This document shows, piece after piece, positions 19,563-29,321 of a DNA stretch of 64,000 nucleotides (position 1 is its first letter; each line of letters starts with the position of its first letter). The DNA comes from Chitinivibrionales bacterium (GTDB taxonomy: Bacteria; Fibrobacterota; Chitinivibrionia; Chitinivibrionales; WJKA01). The translations under genes were made by a program, and so were the position numbers. Under the pieces are notes generated by a model, which saw only the letters and a program-made list of their open reading frames with translations, did not search any database and was not told the origin of the DNA. The stretch spans positions 32,001 to 96,000 of the forward strand of contig JBBRUX010000003.1 in NCBI GenBank assembly GCA_038247415.1, in the 5' to 3' direction.

Positions 19563-20693
19563 ATGTCAGTTGAAACGTTGCCCTCGAGTGTGCAAGATTC
19601 TTTAGAAGCGCAGAGCATTCTTTCTGCGGGCTTGAGTAGCCAGAAGGACGAAGAGATTGCACGTCTTAAAGAAGCTTTGCTCGTAAAAAATCAATTTCTC
19701 AATGATATTCTTAATACTTCTTCTACTATCTCGATTATTTCTACCGACTTGGAACAAAATATTATCCATTGGAATTCTGGTGCACAGCACCTTCTAGGAT
19801 TTACAGAGGAAGAAATGGTAAGGAAACAGAAAATTGCGTTGATTTATGGGGGCGATACTACTTCAATTTCCACAATGCGTAAAGCGCGTGATTTCATTAT
19901 GGAACATCGAACAGGAATAACCTGTGATGTCGCGGAAGTGACTCGAGATGGAAAAAAAGTATGGATGAAGGTTAATTTAACCCCCCGATTTGACGAAACG
20001 GGAAAAATTATTGGTATGCTTGGAGTAGGGCAAGATATTACTGAACATAAGCAAACCGAAAAAATGCTGCACCACAGTTTGCAAAAAGTCCGCAGAGCCA
20101 TGAGCGGAACAATCCACGCAATGGCAATGACTGTTGAAATACGCGATCCTTATACGGCTGGCCATCAGCGACGGGCAACCGATCTTGCTCGGGCAATAGG
20201 TGAGCAGATGAAGCTTCCTAAAGACCAGGTTGATGGTTTACGAATGGCTGGTGTAATTCACGATCTGGGGAAAGTTTCAATACCTGCAGAGATCCTCAAT
20301 AAGCCAGGTAAGCTCACCAAAAACGAATTTGCATTAATAAAGTGCCATCCGGAAACTGGTTTTGATATTATTAAATACATAGAATTTCCGTGGCCTATCG
20401 CTCAAATTGTTTTGCAGCATCACGAACGCTATAATGGCGAGGGTTATCCTCGTGGTCTAAAAGGCAACAAAATTTGCATAGAGGCGCGCATTATAGCGGT
20501 AGCAGATGTTGTGGAGAGCATGTCATCACACAGGCCGTATCGCCCGGCGCTTGGCCTTGATGAAGCATTAGGAGAAATAGTAAAAGGTAGGGGGACCTTT
20601 TATGACCCAGATGTTGTAGATGCTTGTCTGTGCCTTTTTAATGAAAAAGGGTATGTCCTTATTTCAGGGCATGGCCCAGAAGCGTTTGGATAA
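19563..20693 (+). CDS. PAS plus HD-GYP c-di-GMP phosphodiesterase
   Basis: PAS (HWNSGAQHLLGF); RDPYTAGH, HDLGK, HHERYNGEGYP. Confidence 0.93.
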   Translation: MSVETLPSSVQDSLEAQSILSAGLSSQKDEEIARLKEALLVKNQFLNDILNTSSTISIISTDLEQNIIHWNSGAQHLLGFTEEEMVRKQKIALIYGGDTTSISTMRKARDFIMEHRTGITCDVAEVTRDGKKVWMKVNLTPRFDETGKIIGMLGVGQDITEHKQTEKMLHHSLQKVRRAMSGTIHAMAMTVEIRDPYTAGHQRRATDLARAIGEQMKLPKDQVDGLRMAGVIHDLGKVSIPAEILNKPGKLTKNEFALIKCHPETGFDIIKYIEFPWPIAQIVLQHHERYNGEGYPRGLKGNKICIEARIIAVADVVESMSSHRPYRPALGLDEALGEIVKGRGTFYDPDVVDACLCLFNEKGYVLISGHGPEAFG

Positions 20694-20771
20694 TGTATCT
20701 TTAAGTAGTACTGGATAGGTTAATGCCAGTCTTAAGGTTTTTTGCAGTATCACTACTTAAAAGGATCCATA

Positions 20772-21017
20772 ATGATAAAGCTTTACTGTTTAAAGAGCGA
20801 AAAGAAAATTGCAGGCATTTGTGCAGGTATAGGCGATATCTTTTCCTTTGATGCCAACCTTGTGCGTATTGTGTTTGTTTTTGTGTGCGTTGCAACTGCA
20901 CTGTGGCCTATGGTGGTCGCCTATCTGGTCGGCTGGTTATTGCTCCCCGATAAGCCCATTGACAAAGAGATTCCTTCCCATCGAGACAATAAAGATGCTC
21001 CAACTTCGCCTGCATGA
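20772..21017 (+). CDS. PspC domain protein
   Basis: KKIAGICAGIG...DANLVRIVFV...YLVGWLLLP. Confidence 0.88.
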   Translation: MIKLYCLKSEKKIAGICAGIGDIFSFDANLVRIVFVFVCVATALWPMVVAYLVGWLLLPDKPIDKEIPSHRDNKDAPTSPA

Positions 21018-21282
21018 TGCTGCAAATTGGCATGTATCTCAGGTTTTTTGGTTGCTTTTTAAAAAAAACGGTGTACATTCACGTTTGCAATAGATAGTAA
21101 GAATGCTGTGTGGCGTGAGAATGTTTCGAAGGGTGATTGAAAACAATTCCAGCGATACTACAAAATATTTTTTTTTATTTGCTTCTTATATGATAGATGA
21201 TTTATAATTTGTATGTTTCTGTTTCCTACTGCGCCCTGTTTTGGCCTTTAGGGTTTCTTTCATTATGTTTGAGGAGGTTTCT

Positions 21283-21603
21283 GTGTCTAAGAAGTTGTAC
21301 GTTGGGAATCTTCCCTTCAGTGCGCGTGAAGAAGAGGTTCGTGATCTGTTTGCAGTTCATGGCGAAGTAACGTCAGTATCTCTTATTACCGATCGCGAAA
21401 CAGGTCGTCCACGTGGTTTTGGCTTTGTCGAAATGGAAAATGCCGAAGCTGCAATTGCAGAACTCAATGGTAAAGATTACGGCGGTCGCCCTCTTACCGT
21501 TAATGAAGCTCGTGAACGCGAACAGCGGCCACGCGGTGGTTTCGGTGGTGGTGAAGGCGGCGGTGGCGGCGGTGGTGGTGGTTATCAGAAACGTCGTTAT
21601 TAA
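21283..21603 (+). CDS. RRM-domain RNA-binding protein with Gly-rich tail
   Basis: KKLYVGNL (RNP2), RGFGFVEM (RNP1); GAGGAGG before GTG 21283. Confidence 0.95.
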   Translation: MSKKLYVGNLPFSAREEEVRDLFAVHGEVTSVSLITDRETGRPRGFGFVEMENAEAAIAELNGKDYGGRPLTVNEAREREQRPRGGFGGGEGGGGGGGGGYQKRRY

Positions 21604-21630
21604 TCGTATACGATAGTCTTTGATTCTAAT

Positions 21631-21658
21631 GCCGGGGTTTTGCCCCGGCTTTTTTTTT
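21631..21658 (+). terminator. Rho-independent terminator
   Basis: GCCGGGG-ttttg-CCCCGGC followed by T9. Confidence 0.88.
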
Positions 21659-21702
21659 GTTTTTTTTAATTTAACAGTTCTCTTTTTATCCTGGCATAGT
21701 TC

Positions 21703-22950
21703 ATGGTACACATTCCTCGATTCAAGCCTCAAGTAGTTTCTCAATTTCGGCAGGAACCAAAAGATCCGTTTGTGCATCTTGTGTGCGAAATTGCAGGAAA
21801 ATCTAATGCCTTTGAAACCATAGAACCCTTATCCGATTTAGGCTACGATCAAGAACTGGCAATAAAACAAAAGGCTTTCACGTGCTTTTTAGCGCAAAAC
21901 CGGATAACAACAAAGCCGCTGGAAATTATACCTTCGCCGCTTTTTCGACACTATCGCACTACTTCAAAACGGCGGATTGTGTTTGCACATAAAAAATGGG
22001 TGTTTGCTTTTGCAGAAGGAAATACCCCGCCCCAAAACGAGTCTGTAGCAGTATCGTTGCTTGAACCTAAGGAGCATGCACTCATATATCAGCAGCTTCA
22101 CGAAATGCTTATTACTCCGCCTTATAGAGGTTTTTTAGAGGTTTTAAATTTTATCATTATACGGGGCACCTATACGGAGCGCTGCGTGATTTTTAATGTC
22201 CGACGTTTAGATGCAGGAATTGTACGGGCTTTAAAAAAATGTGCACAGACATTGGCTACGATGAGCGTTGCATCCTGTTTTGCATTTGTTGACGAAAGAG
22301 GATCTGCTTATTATTTAGATGAGAGCGTAGGATCCGATAAAATGGTAGTTAAAAAACTCTTTGGTTATGACTCGCTTCGTCTGGTTCTTAACGGGGTAAT
22401 GCTACACTACTCACCCTTTGCGTTTTGCCAAATAAACCATGCAATTTTGCCGGAGTTTATTAATCAGATCCAAGGATGTCTAAGCGATGCAAAACGGGAA
22501 TTCATGTTAGACCTCTATTGCGGATTTGGACTTTTTTCATTTACTGTTGGAAAGAGTTTTAGTTCCGTTGTTGCGATAGATGCAAATGCACGAGCACTGT
22601 CTACCTGTACTGCAAATGCGGTGCGTCTTGGACGCGAGAAAGCAGTGAAATGTGTGGAAGGTTTTATTGCACCTCAAGTACTTTCTGGTATTGCGTCCCG
22701 ATTTCCTGTTAGAACCTCAGAAGTTCTTTTGCTCGATCCTCCTCGCAGTGGCGTGCATCGAGGGGTTATTGAATCGTGCGCTGGGCGTAAACCAACACAT
22801 GTCGTACATATATTTTGTGGTACACCAACCATTACCGATGCCTGCACATCGTGGAACAAACAGGGGTATGAGCTCACTAAAATAGTGCCCTGCGACCTTT
22901 TCCCAGGTACTGCGCACATAGAGACTATTGGCCTCTTTCAGCGCGTTTAG
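21703..22950 (+). CDS. TrmA/RlmD-family RNA (uracil-5) methyltransferase
   Basis: FCQIN, LDLYCGFG, LLDPPRSG, DLFPGTAHIE. Confidence 0.88.
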   Translation: MVHIPRFKPQVVSQFRQEPKDPFVHLVCEIAGKSNAFETIEPLSDLGYDQELAIKQKAFTCFLAQNRITTKPLEIIPSPLFRHYRTTSKRRIVFAHKKWVFAFAEGNTPPQNESVAVSLLEPKEHALIYQQLHEMLITPPYRGFLEVLNFIIIRGTYTERCVIFNVRRLDAGIVRALKKCAQTLATMSVASCFAFVDERGSAYYLDESVGSDKMVVKKLFGYDSLRLVLNGVMLHYSPFAFCQINHAILPEFINQIQGCLSDAKREFMLDLYCGFGLFSFTVGKSFSSVVAIDANARALSTCTANAVRLGREKAVKCVEGFIAPQVLSGIASRFPVRTSEVLLLDPPRSGVHRGVIESCAGRKPTHVVHIFCGTPTITDACTSWNKQGYELTKIVPCDLFPGTAHIETIGLFQRV

Positions 22951-24659
22951 CGCACATCAATCAAAGCCCGAACCTTTTTGAGGAGTGTCTCAGAAGAAAA
23001 GGGCTTTTGGATGAACACACCAGCTTCAATTGATGTTTGAGTATTAACTAAAGATTCAGGATACCCTGACATGAATAAAATTTTTATATCGGGACGATGA
23101 AGAAGAATTTGTGTTTTTAATTGTTCTCCGCTCATGTGTGGCATGACAACATCGGAAATCATGATCTGGATGATCCCATTATGAGCAGAACTTTTTTCAA
23201 TAGCTTCATGTCCATCAGCAGCAGGAATTACACGATAGCCATTTTTTTGAAGTATTTTCTGCGTGAGCGAACGAACCATGACATTGTCTTCTACCAGGAG
23301 TACAGTTTCAAATCCACGCAAAAGCTCTTTACGCGATGATTCATCATCGGGCACGGAACTAACCCTGCTTCGAGGGATATAGACCGAAAACTCGCTGCCT
23401 CTGCCAAGCTCGCTATCTACCCATATAGCACCATTGCTCTGTTTAACGATGCCATAGACGGTTGCGAGTCCAAGACCTGTTCCCTTGCCTTCGACTTTTG
23501 TCGTAAAAAACGGTTCGAAAATATGAATCTTGACATCGTCGGACATCCCGCTGCCATTGTCGGCTACCGATACCATTGCATAAACACCTTGCTGGATGAT
23601 TCCACGGTCTAGGGCTGTAGTTTCGTCAAAGGTAACGGTTCGGGTTGTTATGGAAAGTTTCCCGCCTCGTGGCATTGCATCACGGGCATTAATCGCAAGA
23701 TTTAGAATCACTTGCTCGATTTGACTTTGGTCGGCGTATACAAGTTCTAAATCGGGGTCGAAATTGGTTACGAGTTCGATATCTTCGCCAATGATTCGAT
23801 GCAGCATTTTTTCCATTTCTGAAACGACATCATTGAGATCGATGACTTGTGGAGAGAGCGCCTGTTTGCGCGAGAATGCAAGCAATTGTCGCGTTAATGA
23901 GGATGCATGATCCCCTGCTTTTTTGATTTCCTCAAGTCCTTCACGCAGGGGATCGCCTTTAAAAACTTGCTTTAAGAGGAGTTCGGCATTGCCATTGATG
24001 GCCGTGAGTAAGTTGTTGAAATCGTGCGCTACACCACCAGCAAGCCGACCTATCGCTTCCATTTTTTGAGACTGCTGAAGCTGCTCTTCGAGTTTGAGTT
24101 TTTCTGAAACGTCTTCGAGGTGAACCATGATAATATCGTTTGGAACATATACATAGGTTGTAAAGAGATGCATAATACCATGACGAAACATATTGGTATA
24201 ATTTAGACTTCTGCGAATAATTGTTTTGTGCTTATAGCAATCTAGTATGTCAATAAGTATCTGCGGGTTTGCCTGATTAAAAAACGTATCGGCCCTTTTT
24301 CCGATCATGTGAGCAGCACTATCGTCGGTGAGTCTGCATGCTTCATCATTAAAATTGGTAAAGAAAAAAGCATTGTCATGATAGTGCAAAGTAATAGTTG
24401 GTATAGGAATGCTTTTTAGCTGGGCTGCAAGTTTTTGTTCAGAATCCAGCAGGGCTTGTTCAGCTTTAATTCTTCGAGACATATTGAGTAAAAGAAGAAT
24501 GACAATTGCAATGAGAATGGCGCATACGCTCGAAATAATCCAAATTGAAGGCCTGTATATGTTTAATGCATTGGTGGCAGGATAGTTTGGTTGCGTTGCG
24601 GCAAAAACGCAATGCATGAGTGCTACAAAAAAAATAGTTTGTTTAGCTAAAATCTGCAT
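22947..24659 (-). CDS. Hybrid histidine kinase (TM-PAS-HisKA-HATPase-REC)
   Basis: QKMEAIGRLAGGVAHDFNN, NLAINARDAM, GTGLGLA, C-terminal receiver. Confidence 0.95.
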   Translation of the reverse strand: MQILAKQTIFFVALMHCVFAATQPNYPATNALNIYRPSIWIISSVCAILIAIVILLLLNMSRRIKAEQALLDSEQKLAAQLKSIPIPTITLHYHDNAFFFTNFNDEACRLTDDSAAHMIGKRADTFFNQANPQILIDILDCYKHKTIIRRSLNYTNMFRHGIMHLFTTYVYVPNDIIMVHLEDVSEKLKLEEQLQQSQKMEAIGRLAGGVAHDFNNLLTAINGNAELLLKQVFKGDPLREGLEEIKKAGDHASSLTRQLLAFSRKQALSPQVIDLNDVVSEMEKMLHRIIGEDIELVTNFDPDLELVYADQSQIEQVILNLAINARDAMPRGGKLSITTRTVTFDETTALDRGIIQQGVYAMVSVADNGSGMSDDVKIHIFEPFFTTKVEGKGTGLGLATVYGIVKQSNGAIWVDSELGRGSEFSVYIPRSRVSSVPDDESSRKELLRGFETVLLVEDNVMVRSLTQKILQKNGYRVIPAADGHEAIEKSSAHNGIIQIMISDVVMPHMSGEQLKTQILLHRPDIKILFMSGYPESLVNTQTSIEAGVFIQKPFSSETLLKKVRALIDVR

Positions 24660-24719
24660 AGTTTTCTTGGGCCCTTCTTGAGGGGTGTTTAAAAAATACC
24701 GGGCAAAAACAGATATTTT

Positions 24720-25685
24720 TCAGCAATAGGAAGCAAGATTTTTTGCAATTCTCTCTTTGACTGGCACGGTTGTGTCGCAAGTAAATTCGGTGCCGGTTAT
24801 CATTTCAAATAATTGCATGTATCTGCGCGATAATTCCATAACAAGATCATCGGGTGCTTTGGGCAAAACAGAATCGTTATAAGGGTCGCAGTGTTCTTTA
24901 AACCAGAGGCGCAAGAATTCTTTGTCGATATTTTCTGGTTCTTTGCGAGATGCAAACCGTTCTTCGTACGATGAAGCAATCCAGAAACGAGAGGAATCGG
25001 GCGTGTGTATCTCGTCAATAAGGGTAATGGTGCCATTTTCGTCGAGTCCGAGCTCGTATTTTGTATCGACAAGGATAAGTCCATTTTGTGCCGCAATGGT
25101 TGTTCCGCGTTCAAAAAGTGCAAAGGCAATATCCTGAAGCTTTTTCCATGTTGGCGCATCGATAATATTGTGGGAAACAATTTCTTCTGCTGAAATTGAT
25201 TCATCGTGGGCATCTGATTTTGTTGTGGGGGTAAGAATGGGTGCGGTGAATTTCTGGTTTTTTACCATGCCCTCGGGGAGCTTGTTGCCACAAATAGTGC
25301 GTTTTCCTTGAGAGTAGAGAGTCCAGGCCGAGGTGTCTGTTGATCCGGTTAAAAAACCTCGAACAACAAATTCTATTGGAAAAACGGTGCATTTCTTTGC
25401 AATGGTGACATTCGGATCGGGGATTGAAATGACCTGATTTTGAACAATGTCTTTTGTATGTTCGAACCAGAATGCGCTTACGGTATTGAGAACTTGGCCT
25501 TTGTAGGGAATACTAGCGAGTACGCGATCAAAGGCACTTTGGCGGTCGGTGGTAATAAGAATGAGGTTGTCGCCGCAATCGTAAGTGTCGCGCACTTTTC
25601 CTTGACGACGGTTTGCAAGAGGTAAGAATGCTGTAGAGTCAAGACAATTGTCAAGGTTTTTTCTAATTACATCTGGGCTGATCAT
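24720..25685 (-). CDS. purC: SAICAR synthetase
   Basis: GKVRD, TDRQSAFD, DTKYELG, DEIHTPDSSRFW, DKEFLRLW. Confidence 0.96.
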   Translation of the reverse strand: MISPDVIRKNLDNCLDSTAFLPLANRRQGKVRDTYDCGDNLILITTDRQSAFDRVLASIPYKGQVLNTVSAFWFEHTKDIVQNQVISIPDPNVTIAKKCTVFPIEFVVRGFLTGSTDTSAWTLYSQGKRTICGNKLPEGMVKNQKFTAPILTPTTKSDAHDESISAEEIVSHNIIDAPTWKKLQDIAFALFERGTTIAAQNGLILVDTKYELGLDENGTITLIDEIHTPDSSRFWIASSYEERFASRKEPENIDKEFLRLWFKEHCDPYNDSVLPKAPDDLVMELSRRYMQLFEMITGTEFTCDTTVPVKERIAKNLASYC

Positions 25686-25713
25686 GCCAATCCTTTTTTA
25701 ATGCGTTAAAAAA

Positions 25714-26721
25714 CTAAAACCATTGAATTTTTGGTCGAATGCCTTTGCTTGTTTTAATGCTGCCAGCGCTGTCAACAACAATGCATTCGAGATTGTTTCT
25801 CGCTTGGATAAAAGCGACGATTGAATCCGCAGGTAAACAAAAAAGACCTGTGCTATAATTTTTTGCGAGGGTTAAATCCATGGCCCAAATAGTAACACTC
25901 TGATTGTTGGTGCAACTATAGCCTGTTGACGGATTAAAAATATGGTGTACTCGGCGAGTTCCATTCATCCAGAATCGTTCGTAATCGCCGCTCGTGAAAA
26001 TAACGCCACTATCTAGTGAAAGAGCCGCCAAAAGCCCTTCCTTCCGAGGGTGCTGGATTCCAATTCGCCAGGCTCCATGGTCGGATCGAGCGCCGGCACC
26101 AATAATATCCCCGCCACCATTGATGAGATAGTTTTTAAAACCTTGCAGAGCCAAATACGTGCTTATTTCGCGAAGCGCAAATGCTTTTGCGACACCGCCA
26201 AGATCGATTCGAATAAGAGAATCGCGAAACGCAAGCATATTGGTTGAGGTGTCTACCTGGATTTGCTTGTAATTGACATGGGCAATAATATTGTGCAGCG
26301 TGTGCGCTGAAGGCTCTTGCTTAACGGTATCGGTTTCGCCAAGCCCCCAGATATTTTTCAAAGGCAGAACGGTCATATCAAAAAGTCCGTGGGTACTATC
26401 GCTAAATTGTAGCCCATGCGCAATAAGAACTGCTAAAGGTTGGCTTATTTCCATGCGCTGCGAGTTTCTTCTGTTAACCATTAATACTTCAGATCGGGGG
26501 CCGTAATCCGAAAACCGTTGTTCCCAGTCACGCAGGAGAGAGTCGATAGTATTCCAAAGTTGCGTTGGATTTTTAATTTCATCGGCAATAGTTATAGTAA
26601 CTGCCGTGTCCATGCGAAAAAAGGTGTGCACACTATGCTTGCGGGATGCACAAGAGATACTTAAAAGTGCGATAAGGGAACACGATAGGGCAAATATGCC
26701 CAAAAAGCGTTTTTGTATCAT
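25714..26721 (-). CDS. apbE: FAD:protein FMN transferase (ApbE family lipoprotein)
   Basis: Lipobox LSISC, DLGGVAK, WRIGIQHP, TSGDYER, HHIFNP. Confidence 0.92.
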   Translation of the reverse strand: MIQKRFLGIFALSCSLIALLSISCASRKHSVHTFFRMDTAVTITIADEIKNPTQLWNTIDSLLRDWEQRFSDYGPRSEVLMVNRRNSQRMEISQPLAVLIAHGLQFSDSTHGLFDMTVLPLKNIWGLGETDTVKQEPSAHTLHNIIAHVNYKQIQVDTSTNMLAFRDSLIRIDLGGVAKAFALREISTYLALQGFKNYLINGGGDIIGAGARSDHGAWRIGIQHPRKEGLLAALSLDSGVIFTSGDYERFWMNGTRRVHHIFNPSTGYSCTNNQSVTIWAMDLTLAKNYSTGLFCLPADSIVAFIQARNNLECIVVDSAGSIKTSKGIRPKIQWF

Positions 26722-26946
26722 GCTTTTAAAATAGGTATCTGTTAGAATCGCTGCAATGATTTTTAAATTCGCGCTACCGTGTACGTGAGGAAAATGCCTA
26801 AAGAAATCAAAAATAAAGGGGATCAGTTTACCGATGAGCATGAAAATGCTAAATTATATATATAGTATAGGATCAATCATGTATCTTAAATAAAGCGATG
26901 CACAATAAAAAGTTTGAAAAGTATCGGATCCTTTTAAGGAGTTTGT

Positions 26947-29298
26947 ATGAAAATTAAGGCCGTATTATGTGTCGGATTTTTAATTCAAGCGCTTTTTGCC
27001 GTTGAACTTGCTACCCCACTGTATGTCTATCATGATGGTGATGCAACTACCTCTGGGTATTCTGGCTCCGAAAAAGATCTTTACATCGATGGTGGGTCGT
27101 TACCTTCAATTGCTTGGATGACCTTTCAATCACAAGGGTTATCACTTCTCGATATCGATTCTGCTCGAATTATCCTTTCGGTGAGGTCTGTGGGATCGGC
27201 CGGCACGCTCTCGGTGCATGCTTTGACAAACGACATAACGGCTCCCGAAAACAACGTAAAATTAGACATGATTTCGTATGCTCCAGAGGCAATTGCACAC
27301 GCATACGTGGGAAGTATGTCTGCCGAAAAATGTATTACATTTGATATTACGCTCCTTGCTAAATCAGGAACGTTTAAAGGGCTGGTATTGCTTTCCGATG
27401 ATGGGCTTGTCGCCACTTTTGATGCAAAGGAGGGCGTGCTCCCACCTCGCATAAGCTTGTTGTACTCATCTGTTTCTGGGGGCAATGGCTCACAGTGGCT
27501 TGCTGGATCGGAATTACCAGACTCGTTATTGGGAACTAAGGGAGATTTTTATCTTCAGTCAACTACAGGCGCTATTTTTTCTAAGGGAACAGGTTCATGG
27601 GTTGTTACTGCAAATATCATGGGCCCAGCGGGCAGCTTGGGGCCTCAAGGAATATCTGGCGCACCCGGAATCCCTGGTGAAAAAGGTGAGGCGGGTATTC
27701 AAGGCCAAAAGGGTGATGCGGGTATTCAAGGTAAAAAAGGCAATACTGGCCCGCAAGGGGCAAAAGGTGATACCGGCTTGCAAGGTTCAAGGGGTGATGC
27801 CGGGAGATCGCTTATATGGCGGGGAACGTGGAGCGCAGATTCTGGATATGCTCCCTATGATCTTGTTCATCATGATGGCAGCGCGTATATCGGCGTTGCC
27901 TCCTCACAGGGAAAGTCTCCCTCAGATTCTCTAGCGTATTGGAATGTTTTTGTGCGCAAAGGAGATATGGGTTTGTCCGGACCCCAGGGTAGTAGTGGCC
28001 CATCTGGTACTGCGGGAATGCCTGGGCCTGTGGGTCCGCAAGGGCCAAAAGGCGATAGTGCCAATCCTCTGGTGCCACTACCTGCCCCTAGCACATACCA
28101 CGTGGTCTCGGCAGCAACAGGGATGATTCCGAACAATTCGTATATTGCAAATTCAGCAAGTCAGGTTTCGGTTGGGTTACCGGATTCTGCGGCTGTCGGA
28201 GATTTTGTAAAGATACGGGCTCAGGGCACGGGTGGTTTTAGTGTTACGCAAAATGCTACTCAATACATTAATGCTTCCATTCTCAATAAGCCGGTTTCGT
28301 TTCAATCTCAAACAACACTTGTAAATCCATGGGATATTGATGGCTCCAGCGATGGAAAATATCTCACAGCAATAGAGTGGTTTGGAGATGTTTATACGAG
28401 TACTGATACGGGAAATACGTGGACCCATGGCAATCCTGCGACCACTTCAACTACTTGGGGCGGGGTTGCAACATCTGCAGATGGTAAAGAGGTTTTTGTG
28501 TGTGAAATGGGTGGTCTCATTTGGCGTAGCACTGATTTCGGTCAATCCTGGAAAAGCTACGGTACTCCTCAAAGCTGGGTCAATATTCAAGTTTCAGATG
28601 ATGGTGAAACCGTTGTGGCGATAACTGACGGTGATTTTTTGGCAACAATTCCAGGCAACGAAATTTGGGTAAGCACCGATTCTGGCATAACTTTTAATTC
28701 TGTGAAAACTGTACCTGATTTGCAAAAAATAGCAATTTCAGGGGATGGTGCAAGAATAGCTGCCGTATCTCAGGCAGGAAAAATAGCAATAAGCTCTAAT
28801 CGTGGCGCGACTTGGATTGAGTCGGATTCTGCTAGAGGTTGGGTATCGATAGCACTATCGCACGATGGCAAGTACGTTTACGCTGGAACGAATGGCGGAT
28901 TCTTGTATGTAAGTTCCGATTCAGGTGTAACTTTTTCTAGTAAAGCTGAAGCGGGGATTTGGCGTGATATCGCTTGTTCAAGCGATGGAAAAACAGTGTA
29001 TGCAATAGAGGTTGAACAAACGCACGTGTATTATAGTTTGGATTTTGGGCAAACATTTGCGCAACGTGTATTTGAAAATAATGATCAATGGTGGGCGCTA
29101 ACACTTTCCTCGGATGGCTCAAAAATTGCAGCCGTAAATATAAATGCTGGAAATGTTTTTACAAGTACCTTTAAAACAACATTGGGACCTACAGGAGCTT
29201 TGTATTCCACGCAACCGGGGTCAACTGTTGAGCTTGTAAAATTGGATGATCAGCAGTATCTATTGACAAATGTTACTGGCGTTGTTGACGGTAAATAA
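26947..29298 (+). CDS. Secreted collagen-repeat plus beta-propeller (BNR/WD40-like) surface protein
   Basis: Signal peptide, two Gly-X-Y tracts, repeated S-x-D-x-G-x-T/S-W/F Asp-box and SSDGK blades. Confidence 0.82.
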   Translation: MKIKAVLCVGFLIQALFAVELATPLYVYHDGDATTSGYSGSEKDLYIDGGSLPSIAWMTFQSQGLSLLDIDSARIILSVRSVGSAGTLSVHALTNDITAPENNVKLDMISYAPEAIAHAYVGSMSAEKCITFDITLLAKSGTFKGLVLLSDDGLVATFDAKEGVLPPRISLLYSSVSGGNGSQWLAGSELPDSLLGTKGDFYLQSTTGAIFSKGTGSWVVTANIMGPAGSLGPQGISGAPGIPGEKGEAGIQGQKGDAGIQGKKGNTGPQGAKGDTGLQGSRGDAGRSLIWRGTWSADSGYAPYDLVHHDGSAYIGVASSQGKSPSDSLAYWNVFVRKGDMGLSGPQGSSGPSGTAGMPGPVGPQGPKGDSANPLVPLPAPSTYHVVSAATGMIPNNSYIANSASQVSVGLPDSAAVGDFVKIRAQGTGGFSVTQNATQYINASILNKPVSFQSQTTLVNPWDIDGSSDGKYLTAIEWFGDVYTSTDTGNTWTHGNPATTSTTWGGVATSADGKEVFVCEMGGLIWRSTDFGQSWKSYGTPQSWVNIQVSDDGETVVAITDGDFLATIPGNEIWVSTDSGITFNSVKTVPDLQKIAISGDGARIAAVSQAGKIAISSNRGATWIESDSARGWVSIALSHDGKYVYAGTNGGFLYVSSDSGVTFSSKAEAGIWRDIACSSDGKTVYAIEVEQTHVYYSLDFGQTFAQRVFENNDQWWALTLSSDGSKIAAVNINAGNVFTSTFKTTLGPTGALYSTQPGSTVELVKLDDQQYLLTNVTGVVDGK

Positions 29299-29321
29299 GA
29301 GCTTCAATCGATGGGTTGAGA

